Source: Patescibacteria group bacterium
GTDB taxonomy: Bacteria > Patescibacteriota > Patescibacteriia > Patescibacteriales > UBA12465
Length of the DNA: 64,000 bases
NCBI GenBank assembly: GCA_028687275.1
Contig: JAQUAK010000001.1
Span: 228,213 to 292,212, forward strand
Direction of reading: 5' to 3'
Positions 18,824 to 27,641 of the stretch are shown here, one piece after another; the first letter of the stretch is position 1; the number at the start of each line of letters is the position of its first letter. The notes beneath the pieces are model-generated. The model was not told the origin of the DNA and ran no database searches. It worked only from the letters and a program-made list of their open reading frames with translations. The position numbers were made by a program, and so were the translations under genes.

Positions 18824-19873
18824 TTATTTACTAATATCTATTATTGCTTGCGTTAGGGCTTGACTATCGTTAGGAGTTATTAATTTTAAGTCTAAATAAT
18901 CTTTTAGTTCCGGTATGCCCCCAATGTCTGAAGCAATAGCGTGGAGGCCATGTTTGGCCGCTTCCCAGAGGCTGGTGGGAGAGTTTTCATAAACTAAGGA
19001 GGGTAGGATCATCACCTCTGCCCCTTGCAAAAATTTATCCATCTCTCCGTTGCTAAGATGTCCAACATAATCTAAATTATTAATCATTTTGCATTTGTTT
19101 TGTACAACATCAAGTAGTGAGCCTCCACCGGCAATGCTTAGATATGCCAGTTCTGGTTTTAAATCTGCTTTTTCCCAGGCATCAAGTAAAATATCAATAC
19201 CCTTATGCTTTTCTAGTTGGCCGGAAAAAATAAAATGAATTGGCTTGCTTATCTTTTTTGGTATTTGTTTGGTGATGTTAAAGTTGGGCCGAACTATCGT
19301 TTTTTGATTTTTAAAAAAACCATGTTGTAGGTGTAAATCTAGTAGCCATTGTGAAGGTGAAATAATTTGCTGAGCACTGCTTAGTTTTTTTTTGCTAAAA
19401 AATTGATAGAAATTAGCTAGTGGGGAAGTAATAATATTTTCTTTACCAAAATACATTAGACCAGATGGATGTAGTAACTGAATATCATGAAGTACGTGTC
19501 GATGAGGTATTTTTAAATCTTTAAGTAGTTTAGGTAGATAAAAACCTAGGCCAATTAAATTATGAGTTACTACTAAATCAACTTTTTGTGAACTTAATAT
19601 TTTTTTTAACTTCTGTTTGTGTAGAGGCAAGATTAACTGTCCGAGGTGCCAAAATAGTTTTTGCCCAATAGGCCAGTTACTTAGTTGGCTGTAGGCTGAA
19701 TTTAAAAAATATATATTTTCGGTGTCTGTTTGTTCGTCCTTGAAAGTAGTGGTGATAATAAAAATATCATGCCCGGCCTTTTTTAAATCGGTGGCCATTT
19801 TGGCGGCGATAATCTCCGCGCCACTATTGCGGCCGTAAGGAGGATATAAGTTATTGACGATACCAATGCGCAT
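18824..19873 (-). CDS. GT4-family glycosyltransferase
   Basis: MRIGIVNNLYPPYGRNSGAE N-terminus, C-terminal PSLVYENSPTSLWEAAKHGL GT-B motif. Confidence 0.8.
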   Translation of the reverse strand: MRIGIVNNLYPPYGRNSGAEIIAAKMATDLKKAGHDIFIITTTFKDEQTDTENIYFLNSAYSQLSNWPIGQKLFWHLGQLILPLHKQKLKKILSSQKVDLVVTHNLIGLGFYLPKLLKDLKIPHRHVLHDIQLLHPSGLMYFGKENIITSPLANFYQFFSKKKLSSAQQIISPSQWLLDLHLQHGFFKNQKTIVRPNFNITKQIPKKISKPIHFIFSGQLEKHKGIDILLDAWEKADLKPELAYLSIAGGGSLLDVVQNKCKMINNLDYVGHLSNGEMDKFLQGAEVMILPSLVYENSPTSLWEAAKHGLHAIASDIGGIPELKDYLDLKLITPNDSQALTQAIIDISK

Positions 19874-19879
19874 AAAATA

Positions 19880-21055
19880 TTAGTTAGTAGAGAATTCATC
19901 TAAAATTTGATCGGCTACTTTTTCCCAAGCATATTTTTCTTCAACTAGTTTGCGGGCAGCCCGAGACATTTCTAGTCTCTTGCCCTCATCGGAAATTAGG
20001 CTCAGTATTTTTTCATTTAAATCTTTAACCTTACCTGGCTCACAAATCAGTCCTTCTCGGCCATTAGTAAACACGCTGCGGACTCCAATCAGATTGCTGG
20101 CAATAACCGGCAAGCCACAAGCCATAGCTTCAATCAGCACAAGGCCAAAAGCTTCGTGGCTATTTATAGAAGGTAGGAGTAGAACATCAGCATTTTGATA
20201 CTGTCTAATTAACTCCTCCTCACTCACTCGGCCCAAAAAATTAACCTTTTTATTCAAATTAAATTTAGCTACTTGTTGTTGATATTGTTTTTTTAAATCT
20301 CCATCGCCGATGATATTTAAGCTGAAGGGCAGACTAATGGTGGAGATTGCTTCTATGAGTATATTTAGCCCTTTAAAATAATGAGCACTATCAAGACCAC
20401 CAACAAAGAGCAAGGTGTGTCCGCCACGTTTAATAAAGCGACGATTAACAAAATTAACGATATCGGTCGCTAGTCTTTGTTTAGCTTCTTTATCGGCCGT
20501 AATTTTTGGTTTAAAAACATCACTTTCTACGCCAAAGGGTATGATTTTAATTTTTTCGGGGAATTCTTGATAAATTTTAGAGAGCTTGCCATTTTCAGCA
20601 TAATCACGACTGCCAACAATAATTTTTTCCGCCCTTTTCATCAATTTTTTAAAGATGAGTCGGGAGGGTATAGACAGCATTTTTTTATTACCAGGCAGGG
20701 CAGGTGTATCCATGTGGTAATGGATGAATAAGCGTTTCTTTTTAAAAACAGAGCAAAATAATAAGATTAAGGCGTCGGTGCCAAAAAAAGGATAATGTAA
20801 ATAAATTATTTCACTAGGGAAAAGCTTAAGTAATAAAGAAAAAGGTAGAGCGCCATGGCCTGACCTTAAATTTGGACGCAGAAAGTGGACTCTCTGGTTA
20901 TAGCTGGTTTTAGGAGGAGTTTTTTCATTACTAGGAATCAGAGTAAAAGTGTTAACTTGATGTTCACGGCTTAATATTTCACCTAAACGATAAGCACTTT
21001 GGCCAATGCCTCCAGCGTAAGGAGGGAAGGCGCAGACGATTTGGGAAATTTTCAT
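19880..21055 (-). CDS. GT4-family glycosyltransferase
   Basis: FPPYAGGIGQSAYRL N-terminus, LLLPSINSHEAFGLVLIEAMACGLPVIAS E-x7-E region. Confidence 0.8.
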   Translation of the reverse strand: MKISQIVCAFPPYAGGIGQSAYRLGEILSREHQVNTFTLIPSNEKTPPKTSYNQRVHFLRPNLRSGHGALPFSLLLKLFPSEIIYLHYPFFGTDALILLFCSVFKKKRLFIHYHMDTPALPGNKKMLSIPSRLIFKKLMKRAEKIIVGSRDYAENGKLSKIYQEFPEKIKIIPFGVESDVFKPKITADKEAKQRLATDIVNFVNRRFIKRGGHTLLFVGGLDSAHYFKGLNILIEAISTISLPFSLNIIGDGDLKKQYQQQVAKFNLNKKVNFLGRVSEEELIRQYQNADVLLLPSINSHEAFGLVLIEAMACGLPVIASNLIGVRSVFTNGREGLICEPGKVKDLNEKILSLISDEGKRLEMSRAARKLVEEKYAWEKVADQILDEFSTN

Positions 21056-21072
21056 AATTTAATGCTTGAAGT

Positions 21073-21390
21073 TTATTTTAAAGTAATTTCTCTAACTAGA
21101 TCGGTAAGATTTTTTTCCATTTTACTTAACTTAAGACGTAACTTAAAAACAAAGTAGAATAGACTCATCACTGCTAAATATAATAAAAAATTTATACCGG
21201 AACCAGAGAAGCCAAGGTTAACCAATAATTTGTCTAGGCTGCGTATAAATATTATTGCTAAGGCGCCCAGTAGCCAAAAACTTAGCCAGAGAATAAATTC
21301 ATTAGTGCCTATTTGCTGTCTTTTTTTCTGTTCAGCTAGTCGCCAGATAAAAATGGCGATGAAAACTAAAGCGATTACTTGTTGTAACAT
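21073..21390 (-). CDS. DUF2304-like small membrane protein
   Basis: Three to four TM helices plus C-terminal amphipathic helix; resembles DUF2304 proteins that accompany GT2 genes. Confidence 0.6.
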   Translation of the reverse strand: MLQQVIALVFIAIFIWRLAEQKKRQQIGTNEFILWLSFWLLGALAIIFIRSLDKLLVNLGFSGSGINFLLYLAVMSLFYFVFKLRLKLSKMEKNLTDLVREITLK

Positions 21391-21447
21391 ATTATTGACA
21401 AAAATTAATTATCGTCCTAAGATGATATGAATCATTATTGTGGTTCT

Positions 21448-21476
21448 TTGAAAAATTACTCACCCAAATATATACT
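21448..21476 (+). promoter_or_regulatory. sigma70-like promoter TTGAAA-17-TATACT
   Basis: -35 21448-21453, 17-nt spacer, -10 21471-21476; -10 ends only 5 nt before ATG 21482 (leaderless candidate). A second TTGACA-17-TAAGAT lies at 21395-21423. Confidence 0.4.
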
Positions 21477-21481
21477 ATCTT

Positions 21482-22000
21482 ATGAAAAAGTTTTTTTCTG
21501 GCCAGACGAAAGGGCTCGTTTGGTTTATATTAATCTACGCCCTAGTAAGAATCTTCCTGTCTAACCCTGAAATTGCTATTCAGGGCAAAGAAACATTTGC
21601 AATAGCCTTAGGTAGCCTTGCTTTTCTTTGGCTTCTTTTTCCAAAAATCATGGGAGAAAATAGCTTGGCTCTAAGTTTAAGTTTTTTCTCTCTGTCTGGC
21701 TATTCTTTATTGACCTGGACAAAATTTGATTTTGGACTTTTTTCGTCTAGCTGGTTTAGTGACATCGGTTCCAATGACGACAAGGTTGCAGTATTAATTG
21801 CTTTTTTAATATTGGTAATGTCAATTATCATGGTTATTACTGACATCGTCATGGCTCTAAGGGAGACTAGCAAAAAGGGACAAGTTTGGTGGCCGGCACC
21901 AGTGTGGTTGCTGATTGTGACAGTGGTAATTGTTGCTTTCGACATCTTGCTACCAAAATTATTTACTATGTTTAGTACATCCAATTTTTTGGGACAATAA
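21482..22000 (+). CDS. hypothetical polytopic membrane protein
   Basis: 172-aa ORF with about 5 hydrophobic helices, own promoter and terminator; no recognisable family. Confidence 0.6.
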   Translation: MKKFFSGQTKGLVWFILIYALVRIFLSNPEIAIQGKETFAIALGSLAFLWLLFPKIMGENSLALSLSFFSLSGYSLLTWTKFDFGLFSSSWFSDIGSNDDKVAVLIAFLILVMSIIMVITDIVMALRETSKKGQVWWPAPVWLLIVTVVIVAFDILLPKLFTMFSTSNFLGQ

Positions 22001-22024
22001 TTACATACAAAATATGTGATTATG

Positions 22025-22051
22025 GAGGTGGGCTTTGGTTCACCTCTTTTT
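22025..22051 (+). terminator. intrinsic terminator
   Basis: GAGGTG-10 nt loop-CACCTC stem followed by TTTTT. Confidence 0.6.
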
Positions 22052-22709
22052 ATTTGCCAATTTGTGAAATAAATAAATCTTTTAGGATGCGGAAGCCACC
22101 AGAAAATTTTTGGCCATATTCATGATAGGTAACTGTGATTGGAACTTCTTTAATACGCCAATGACTATGGCTGAGCTTAATTAAGATTTCACTACAGTGC
22201 GCCATGCCGTTATTTTCAATACGAAAACTATTAGCCACTTCCTTGGTATAAGCACGGAAGCCGCTCTGAGGGTCACTAGTGTGGGCTCCCAGCAAATGAT
22301 TGATTAAACGACCTAAAGGGAGGATAATGTATTTTTTGCTGTATGGCAAGGCAGATTTTTTTTCTAAAAAACGAGAGCCAAAAACAATATCAGCTTCATT
22401 ATTTATAATTGGAGCAGTAATATCTTTAATTTCTTCGGCTGAGAATTGATCGTCGGCATCAAAATGAACTATAATATCAGCTCCCATTTTTAAAGCTTGA
22501 TCGGTACCGGTTTGCAGGGCTGCGCCTTGACCGCGGTTAATCGGGTGTCTTAAGGCAAGAGCACCAGCTTCTTGGGCTAGTCTATAAGTATCATCGGTCG
22601 AGTGGTCGTCCACGACAATAACTTGGTCAACTTTATTCTTAACCTTTTCTACCACCTGAACAATGTGCTTAGCTTCATTCCATGCTGGTATGACACAGAT
22701 TATTTTCAT
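22050..22709 (-). CDS. GT2-family glycosyltransferase (polyprenyl-phosphate sugar synthase-like)
   Basis: Start moved to MKIICVIPAWNE (ATG 22709); VVDDHSTDDT, DADDQ (DxD); ATGA overlap with the stop of the upstream gene. Confidence 0.85.
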   Translation of the reverse strand: MKIICVIPAWNEAKHIVQVVEKVKNKVDQVIVVDDHSTDDTYRLAQEAGALALRHPINRGQGAALQTGTDQALKMGADIIVHFDADDQFSAEEIKDITAPIINNEADIVFGSRFLEKKSALPYSKKYIILPLGRLINHLLGAHTSDPQSGFRAYTKEVANSFRIENNGMAHCSEILIKLSHSHWRIKEVPITVTYHEYGQKFSGGFRILKDLFISQIGK

Positions 22710-23815
22710 AGTTTTGTATCTGTTTGAGCCCAAGCAGCAATATCTTCGATATCAATCAGGCCAATAGCAGTTTTATCTAGGGCTTCTTTAATTAAGGGTT
22801 GATAGCCTTTTTGTAAGCGCCCATCACTTAAAAAGCTCATGATTTCAAAAATAGCTGTTTTTTGTTTAGTATTATTTTTTTGGCAATAGGCACAACCGCG
22901 TTGACGGTAGAATTTTTTAGGCCAATATTGTTTAGCAATTGGCCAAGCTTTAAGTATTATCTTTTTTATTTCACTGCCAGGATCAAATATTTGTGAGCAA
23001 CGGGAGCAGGGGCGTTTGAATAACTTCTGAGCACTAATAAAAATAATTTGTTGAGCAATGTCAGCTGAACTAATGCCAGATTTTTTCAGTAATTTTAAGG
23101 TAGCAGCTGCACTAATGGTGGGGAGTGTTAGAATAACTAGGCGTCCGGAGACAGAGGCCCGCCAAATAGCTTTAAGGTCATTAGCGTTTACATTAGCATC
23201 AATAGCAATTACCTCACTATCTAATGTCATTAATTTTTCTATAATTTGGCCTACCTTTTGTTTATTGCTAGTGCGGATTGTATTGATGTTGTCTATTTTG
23301 TGTAAAGGAAAATCTTCGATAGAATAAGCGCTGCGTTTGGTAGCGGCGTTTTTTAATAGAGAGTAGTAGCTACTACTAGCACCGTTTTCTTCATTAGCGC
23401 TAACAATAATAATGCCGCTTTTTCTATTTAAAGACTGACGGAAAATTGCTTGCTGATTCTTGTTTAAGCCTAATCCTGAAAAACGAAAAATTTTAGGATG
23501 CTCATTACTTAGGCTAATTAGTAGCTTTTCTCCAGTGCCAGCTGGTAGTAGGGAGGCGCGGCCTTTAATTATTTCGTTATCGTCAGCGATTTTAAAACGT
23601 TGGTTATTAAATAAATCATTTTCATTAGCCCCCACCAGCCTTCTAAATGTGGCCTTAATATTTAACTCGGTTTCGGGGTCGAGTTGCAAGTAATTAGCTT
23701 TACCGCCATGACCGCAAGTGCAAAGCAAATTATCATTTTTTTCTTCCAAGCTAAAATGATTGTGTCCATGGTCACTGGTGTAGCGACAAATTGTTTTGAT
23801 TATTTTTTCTGGCAT
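22706..23815 (-). CDS. PilB/GspE-like (T2SS/T4P ATPase family) protein with degenerate catalytic motifs
   Basis: Collinear by eye with GspE N2+CTD (GEKLLISL, SIEDFP, CSRC...CAYC tetracysteine) but Walker A is SANEENGAS, Walker B region AIDANVN, His box TLPTI. Confidence 0.75.
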   Translation of the reverse strand: MPEKIIKTICRYTSDHGHNHFSLEEKNDNLLCTCGHGGKANYLQLDPETELNIKATFRRLVGANENDLFNNQRFKIADDNEIIKGRASLLPAGTGEKLLISLSNEHPKIFRFSGLGLNKNQQAIFRQSLNRKSGIIIVSANEENGASSSYYSLLKNAATKRSAYSIEDFPLHKIDNINTIRTSNKQKVGQIIEKLMTLDSEVIAIDANVNANDLKAIWRASVSGRLVILTLPTISAAATLKLLKKSGISSADIAQQIIFISAQKLFKRPCSRCSQIFDPGSEIKKIILKAWPIAKQYWPKKFYRQRGCAYCQKNNTKQKTAIFEIMSFLSDGRLQKGYQPLIKEALDKTAIGLIDIEDIAAWAQTDTKL

Positions 23816-23838
23816 ATGTTTATTATATCATTATCTGC

Positions 23839-23867
23839 TTGATTTTTAAAATGCTTAATAATATGAT
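23839..23867 (+). promoter_or_regulatory. sigma70-like promoter TTGATT-17-TATGAT for the mraY block
   Basis: -35 23839-23844, 17-nt spacer, -10 23862-23867 in the divergent intergenic region. Confidence 0.45.
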
Positions 23868-23919
23868 ACAATAAGGTCAAAACTTAGTAAGAGAAAGCAA
23901 ATTTACTTGTCTTAATATT

Positions 23920-24336
23920 ATGGGTTATTCATTTATTAATAGTCGCTGGTATGCGCTTAGAAGTCGCTTAGCTTTAGTGTTTAGTGCTTATTGGCGTTAT
24001 AAGCCTAATCGTTGGTATTTGTTAGTGGGATTGTTAATTCAAGCCCTAATTTGGTTTTTGGCTAACAATATTTTTAAGACCCTAGGTAATGACTTGCTAG
24101 TTTTCCACTACAATGTTGATTTTGGTATTGATGCGATTGCCCAGCCAAGAGCAATTTTTCAAATTCCATTATTTGCTTTAGCGGCTATGCTATTAAATGG
24201 CTTAATGCTTACCCTTTTTGTGAAACGGATTCATTTCCATTTTTTAGCTAATGCTTCTGGTATTGCCAGTATCTTAATTCAGTTATTAGCGGTGCTAGCT
24301 TTAATGTCTTTGTATTTAATAAATTTTCTTGCTTAA
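23920..24336 (+). CDS. hypothetical membrane protein
   Basis: 138-aa ORF, 4 predicted TM helices, 6 nt upstream of mraY. Confidence 0.55.
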   Translation: MGYSFINSRWYALRSRLALVFSAYWRYKPNRWYLLVGLLIQALIWFLANNIFKTLGNDLLVFHYNVDFGIDAIAQPRAIFQIPLFALAAMLLNGLMLTLFVKRIHFHFLANASGIASILIQLLAVLALMSLYLINFLA

Positions 24337-24342
24337 CTTCCT

Positions 24343-25392
24343 ATGATTGTTTTTTATATTGTTAAGATTCTTCTATTATCGACCCTAGCTTTTATTTTTG
24401 CCTTTGCCTTTACTCCAGTTTTAACTAACTTTTTATACAAGTATAAGCTAGGTAAGCAGATTAGAAATAGCGGTAACACGCCAATTTTTAGTAGTTTGCA
24501 CGCACATAAAGTAGGAACGCCAACTATGGGCGGAATTTTGATTTGGGGGACAGTCTTAGTTTTCATGGTTTTGTTTTCTTTCTTGGCCGATATTTTTCCT
24601 GGAGAAATTTTTCAATACTTAAACTTCTTTTCTCGTTCAGAAACTTTATTGCCTCTGGGAGTTTTAATTGCTAGCGCTTTAATTGGGCTGATTGATGATT
24701 GGTTGGATGTTAGTTCTAAGGGTGTATTTGGTGGTGGCGGCCTTAAATTAAAGCATCGCTTATTAATTTATGCTTTAATAGCTGCTGCGGGTGCACTTTG
24801 GTTTTACTTCAAATTAGATTGGACAATTTTTCATATTCCATTTTTGGGTAATTTCGAAATTTCTTGGTGGTATATACCAGTATTTATTTTTATTATTGTC
24901 TCTACTTCATTTTCTGTGAATGAAAGCGATGGTCTCGATGGTTTAGCTGGAGGGTCTTTAATTATGGCTTTTATAGCCTACTGTATTATTGCCTTTGTTT
25001 TGGGTTGGTATCAGTTGGCAGCTTTTTGTGGGGTTATTATCGGAGCTTTATTGGCCTTTTTGTGGTTTAATATTCCGCCAGCCCGTTTCTACATGGGAGA
25101 TACTGGAGCTATGAGCTTAGGGGTAACCCTTGGTGTTATTGCCATGCTGACCAACAGTGCTTTGCTCCTACCTTTAATTGGTTTAATTTTTTTAATTGAG
25201 TCCGTGTCTGTTATTATTCAAATGCTTTCTAAGAAATTCAGACACAAGAAAGTATTTTTATCTGCTCCAATTCATCATCATTTTCAAGCTTTGGGTTGGC
25301 CAGAATCAAAAATAGTCATGCGCTTTTGGGTGATTGCAGCTCTGGGCAATGTTTTAGGTCTAATTATTTTTTTGGCTGATAGGTTATGGTAG
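24343..25392 (+). CDS. mraY: phospho-N-acetylmuramoyl-pentapeptide transferase
   Basis: GTPTMGG, NESDGLDGLAGG, PIHHHF motifs, 10 TM topology. Confidence 0.95.
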   Translation: MIVFYIVKILLLSTLAFIFAFAFTPVLTNFLYKYKLGKQIRNSGNTPIFSSLHAHKVGTPTMGGILIWGTVLVFMVLFSFLADIFPGEIFQYLNFFSRSETLLPLGVLIASALIGLIDDWLDVSSKGVFGGGGLKLKHRLLIYALIAAAGALWFYFKLDWTIFHIPFLGNFEISWWYIPVFIFIIVSTSFSVNESDGLDGLAGGSLIMAFIAYCIIAFVLGWYQLAAFCGVIIGALLAFLWFNIPPARFYMGDTGAMSLGVTLGVIAMLTNSALLLPLIGLIFLIESVSVIIQMLSKKFRHKKVFLSAPIHHHFQALGWPESKIVMRFWVIAALGNVLGLIIFLADRLW

Positions 25393-25398
25393 GATTTT

Positions 25399-26553
25399 AT
25401 GAAAGTATCAAGGAGTATTAAAAAACTATTACGTGTAGATAAAAACGATGAGGCTCACTTAGCTGATCGCTGGTTTTTATTAGCGGTAGGGGCTTTATCT
25501 ATTGTGGGCTTAGTGATGCTTTCTAGTGCTTCAGCGGTTGTCTCTTATGCCAAATTTGGTAATACTTCTCATTATTTTTTACATCAATTAATCGCCGTTG
25601 GTATTGGTGCGGTTTTGTTTTATATTTTTTCCAAACAAGATTATCGTTTATGGCGGCGTTATGCCTTGTGGGCTCTAATTGCTTCAATTTTATTATTAAT
25701 TTTAGTTTTTATTCCTGGATTAAGAGCTGAACATGGCACTGCTCGTAGTTGGATCATCATTTTTGGTCAGTCTTTTCAGCCCTCAGAATTAGTGAAATTA
25801 AGTTTTCTTATTTATTTAGCTACCTGGCTAGAGGCTAAGAAGGATCATTTAAAAGAGGCTACCAGTGGTATTATTCCCTTACTTGGCAGTTTGGTTATTA
25901 TTGGCGGGCTAATGCTTGCTCAGCCAGATTTCGGGACCTTGTTTATTATTTTATTTGCTTCTTTTGTAGCTTTTTTTGTGGCGGGGGGCAAATTATCTCA
26001 TATAATTATTACCATTTTGTTAGGCGTACTTGCTCTTGGTTTAATGTTCTATGCTAGCTCCTCTTATCAAAACGATCGCTTTCGTTGTTATCAAAACCCT
26101 TCTTATGATTCACAGGATGAATGCTATCAAATTAGTCAGTCTCTAATTGCAGTTGGTTCTGGTGGTTGGATGGGCAGAGGCTTAGGGCAGAGTCGACAAA
26201 AATTTATGTATTTGCCAGAGGTATGGGGTGACTCAATCTTTCCGATTGTAGCTGAAGAAATTGGTTTTGTTTTTAGCTCTTTGTTTGTTTGTTTGTATGG
26301 CTTATTATTTTATCGTGGTATAAAAATTGCTCGAGCTGCCCCTGATGTCTATGGCAGCACTTTAGCCGTGGGGGTGATTGCGTGGTTGGCGGTACAAACC
26401 TTTTTAAATATTGGTGGTATGGTTAATTTAATTCCAATGACGGGGGTGCCTTTGCCTTTTGTGTCCGCGGGGGGCTCATCCATTATTGCAACCTTAATGG
26501 CCATGGGTATTTTAGTAAATATTAGTAAGCATTCTAAAAATGAACGTAGATAA
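25399..26553 (+). CDS. ftsW: SEDS-family peptidoglycan polymerase FtsW/RodA
   Basis: QPSELVKL, PDFGT, LIPMTGVPLPFVSAGGSS motifs. Confidence 0.9.
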   Translation: MKVSRSIKKLLRVDKNDEAHLADRWFLLAVGALSIVGLVMLSSASAVVSYAKFGNTSHYFLHQLIAVGIGAVLFYIFSKQDYRLWRRYALWALIASILLLILVFIPGLRAEHGTARSWIIIFGQSFQPSELVKLSFLIYLATWLEAKKDHLKEATSGIIPLLGSLVIIGGLMLAQPDFGTLFIILFASFVAFFVAGGKLSHIIITILLGVLALGLMFYASSSYQNDRFRCYQNPSYDSQDECYQISQSLIAVGSGGWMGRGLGQSRQKFMYLPEVWGDSIFPIVAEEIGFVFSSLFVCLYGLLFYRGIKIARAAPDVYGSTLAVGVIAWLAVQTFLNIGGMVNLIPMTGVPLPFVSAGGSSIIATLMAMGILVNISKHSKNERR

Positions 26554-27640
26554 AAGAAAACTTATCGTTATTTCCGGCGGTGGTACAGGTGGACCAAGTA
26601 TGGCTCCTTTGGCTTTGGCGGCAGCTTATTATAAGCTTAACCCTGAGGCTCGCTTTGTTTTTTTTGGTAATGATGAAGAATTAGATCAGAGCTTGTTTGC
26701 TCATAATTTAAAACAACTAAAGGCTGATTATTTTTCTTTTCCCTCAGGTAAATTACGTCGTTATTTTTCTTGGCATAATTTTTCTGATGTGATAAAAATT
26801 ATCTTTGCTTTTTTTAGAGCACGTAGAATATTAAAAAAATTAAAACCAGATTTAATTATTTCGGCTGGCTCTTTTGCTAGTGTGCCGGTTATTTGGGCTG
26901 GGCGCACTTTAGCTATCAAATCATTAGTACATCAACAGGATATTCGTGCGGGCTTGGCTAATCGCCTCATGGCCCCAGTGGCTAGCAAAATTAGCGTTTG
27001 CTTTGATAGTTCTTTAGATGATTACGGTCAGAAGGCAGTTTTAATTGGTAATCCTAGCGAGGCTATGGAAGTAACTGAAGATATGAAGGTGGCGGTTAGA
27101 GATAAATTTAAATTGAGAGCTCACCAGCCTTTATTATTAATTACAGGTGGAGCTACCGGCGCTCTAGCTATTAATGAGTTAATTTTTGCGGCTCTGCCTT
27201 ATTTAAATGAGAATTTACAAATCCTTCATTTAGCCGGACAGGGTAAGTATGAAGAAGCGCCAGTAAAAGAAAATTATCAAGTCTATGCTCAAGCTACACA
27301 CAGTGATTTTCTGGCCTTAATAGCTTGCTCGGATATAGTTGTCTCTCGGGCTGGTTTAGGAGCCTTGACCTTACTGTCACATCTGGGTAAGCCAAGTATT
27401 ATTATCCCTATGCCCAACTCTCACCAAGAACTCAATGCTAATTATTTTCAAGCTAAACAAGCGGCTGTTATTCTTGCTCAAGAAAGTTTGGACGCTATTA
27501 AATTAGCAGAGGCAATCAACTCTCTAGAAGATAACTTAGAACAACAAAAAATCTTAATTAAAAATATTAGTGCAGTCTTGCCAAGAGACGCAGCGTTAAG
27601 AGGTTCAAAAATAATGGCTGCTATGTTAGCAGAGAAATAG
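26540..27640 (+). CDS. murG: UDP-GlcNAc:lipid I GlcNAc transferase MurG (GT28)
   Basis: SGGGTGGP N-terminal G-loop, C-terminal SRAGLGALTLL...HQELNANYF; overlaps ftsW by 14 nt. Confidence 0.85.
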   Translation: MNVDKRKLIVISGGGTGGPSMAPLALAAAYYKLNPEARFVFFGNDEELDQSLFAHNLKQLKADYFSFPSGKLRRYFSWHNFSDVIKIIFAFFRARRILKKLKPDLIISAGSFASVPVIWAGRTLAIKSLVHQQDIRAGLANRLMAPVASKISVCFDSSLDDYGQKAVLIGNPSEAMEVTEDMKVAVRDKFKLRAHQPLLLITGGATGALAINELIFAALPYLNENLQILHLAGQGKYEEAPVKENYQVYAQATHSDFLALIACSDIVVSRAGLGALTLLSHLGKPSIIIPMPNSHQELNANYFQAKQAAVILAQESLDAIKLAEAINSLEDNLEQQKILIKNISAVLPRDAALRGSKIMAAMLAEK

Positions 27641-27641
27641 T

